From Hypanus sabinus (taxonomy: Eukaryota), in NCBI RefSeq assembly GCF_030144855.1, contig NC_082731.1, positions 29,388,001 through 29,452,000 of the forward strand: 64,000 nt of DNA, written 5' to 3'. Below the pieces are notes generated by a model. The model saw only the letters and a program-made list of their open reading frames with translations. It made no database searches and was not told the DNA's origin. A program made the position numbers and the translations under genes. The first letter of the stretch is position 1. Every line of letters begins with the position of its first letter. Positions 63,030 to 64,000 of the stretch are shown one piece after another.

Positions 63030-63230
63030 TTTCTCAGCATCCTGCTACACACACCAGAGCCAGATATTGATGGAATGTTTCATAATCAATGTCTCCATCC
63101 CTTGTTTCAACATATTAACCTAATTCTCCACACTCCATCCAATAAAACTGTGAATCCAGGAGCTTCTCCGTTGCACACACAATCTCCCTTCAATGCCCCA
63201 GCTGAAAGGCAGCACCTCTGTCCCTCGGTG
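63030..63230 (+). pseudogene. Possible diverged paralogue of the second DOMON-like exon
   Basis: TPEPDIDGMFHN aligns without gaps to TRDPRVAAMFGN. It shares the nucleotide words atgttt...gtctccatc and aataaa-ct with 11792-11983. Frameshifted. Confidence 0.25.
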
Positions 63231-64000
63231 CCCTGGAAAAGAACAGAACTCACTGTCGAGTCCAAATCCTTTGGTCTTCCCAGTGTTTGGCTGAAGGAAA
63301 CTTTTTGCATCCTGCAGTATTGCCCATCAGAGAGTGTGGAGTTGTTGGTACAAGTGCAGGTGACACAGAACTTGATATCGAGAATGTAAATGTTTTAATG
63401 TGATGTGAGCAAGAGAGCATTTTGAGAAAATATGCCAATGTAGGAAAATACAACACACCAGGAGTAGAAAACATAAACAGGTACCAGATTAATGCAAACC
63501 ATGAATACAATAGGATAGATTCCCCATGTCCATAACCTGGAGTGCATGTCTCAGCACATGATCAATCCAACTATTGACAGAGTCATTCCCAATGCCTTAT
63601 CTAAGGAATTCTATCACAGGAGCAACTTATCAATGAAATTCCATGGAGACAATTAATACAATATCATGACGTAACTACATAAAATAATAAACAGTAAAGC
63701 AGGCATGAAATATTATTAACGCTAAATTAATTTCATTGCAATTAAATTAAAAATCAATCTCAATCCCGTGGTATTGATCTTAAAAACAATACAGTGATGT
63801 ATTTGTCATGATACAACATATATACGGATGACTTTCTGTTATTCATTCTTGGGAAGTGAGTAGAACAACATTTCTTTCCCATCCCAACTACTCTCGAACC
63901 GGGCGGATTACTGAGCCATTTCACAGTGCGGTTACAGGTCAGTTACATTACTGTGGGCCTGGAGACATATACAGGCCAGACCAGGTAAAGTCAGCAGATT

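Noticed and set aside
63000-63400. Minus-strand EF-hand-like (DGDIDYETF) or C-type-lectin-like readings with a GTGAGT donor
   Set aside because: In-frame stops, missing key residues, and an implied intron of only 21 nt.
1-64000. CRISPR arrays, retrons or other prokaryotic systems
   Set aside because: No regularly spaced repeats or operon structure; every RT seen belongs to a eukaryotic retroelement.

Overview
This window is vertebrate genomic DNA, most likely from a cartilaginous fish (inferred from the mix of CR1, L1/Tx1, Rex1, Nimb, Penelope-like and Gypsy repeats). Most of it is nested retroelement sequence, and I found no intact host gene, RNA gene or CRISPR array. Two elements look very young. 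(1) An intact CsRn1-type Ty3/Gypsy element at 19583-23796 has identical 214-bp LTRs, an ACAC TSD, a Trp PBS, a CHCC gag, and a G GGA AAC -1 frameshift site followed by a 12-bp hairpin. (2) A full-length L1-clade LINE at 39863-46140 (minus) has a 9-bp TSD, and its ORF2 is broken only by two single-base homopolymer slips. Under the repeats, a module recurs three times (about 4.5-12.3 kb, 31.9-55.8 kb and 61.3-64 kb). Its non-TE remnants are a multi-CCAAT promoter with a first intron and start codon, plus spliceable exons encoding a tentative DOMON-like protein with a hydrophobic (GPI/TM-like) tail. I read these as remnants of a decayed tandem gene family. The window also contains a duplicated composite Gypsy whose nested LTR element has two LTRs in one copy and a recombinant solo LTR in the other, an ~880-bp inverted duplication that fits a staggered-break inversion, and two independent solo LTRs of one family 231 bp apart. 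Coordinates of old fragments are approximate, and family names come from motif recognition, not database searches.
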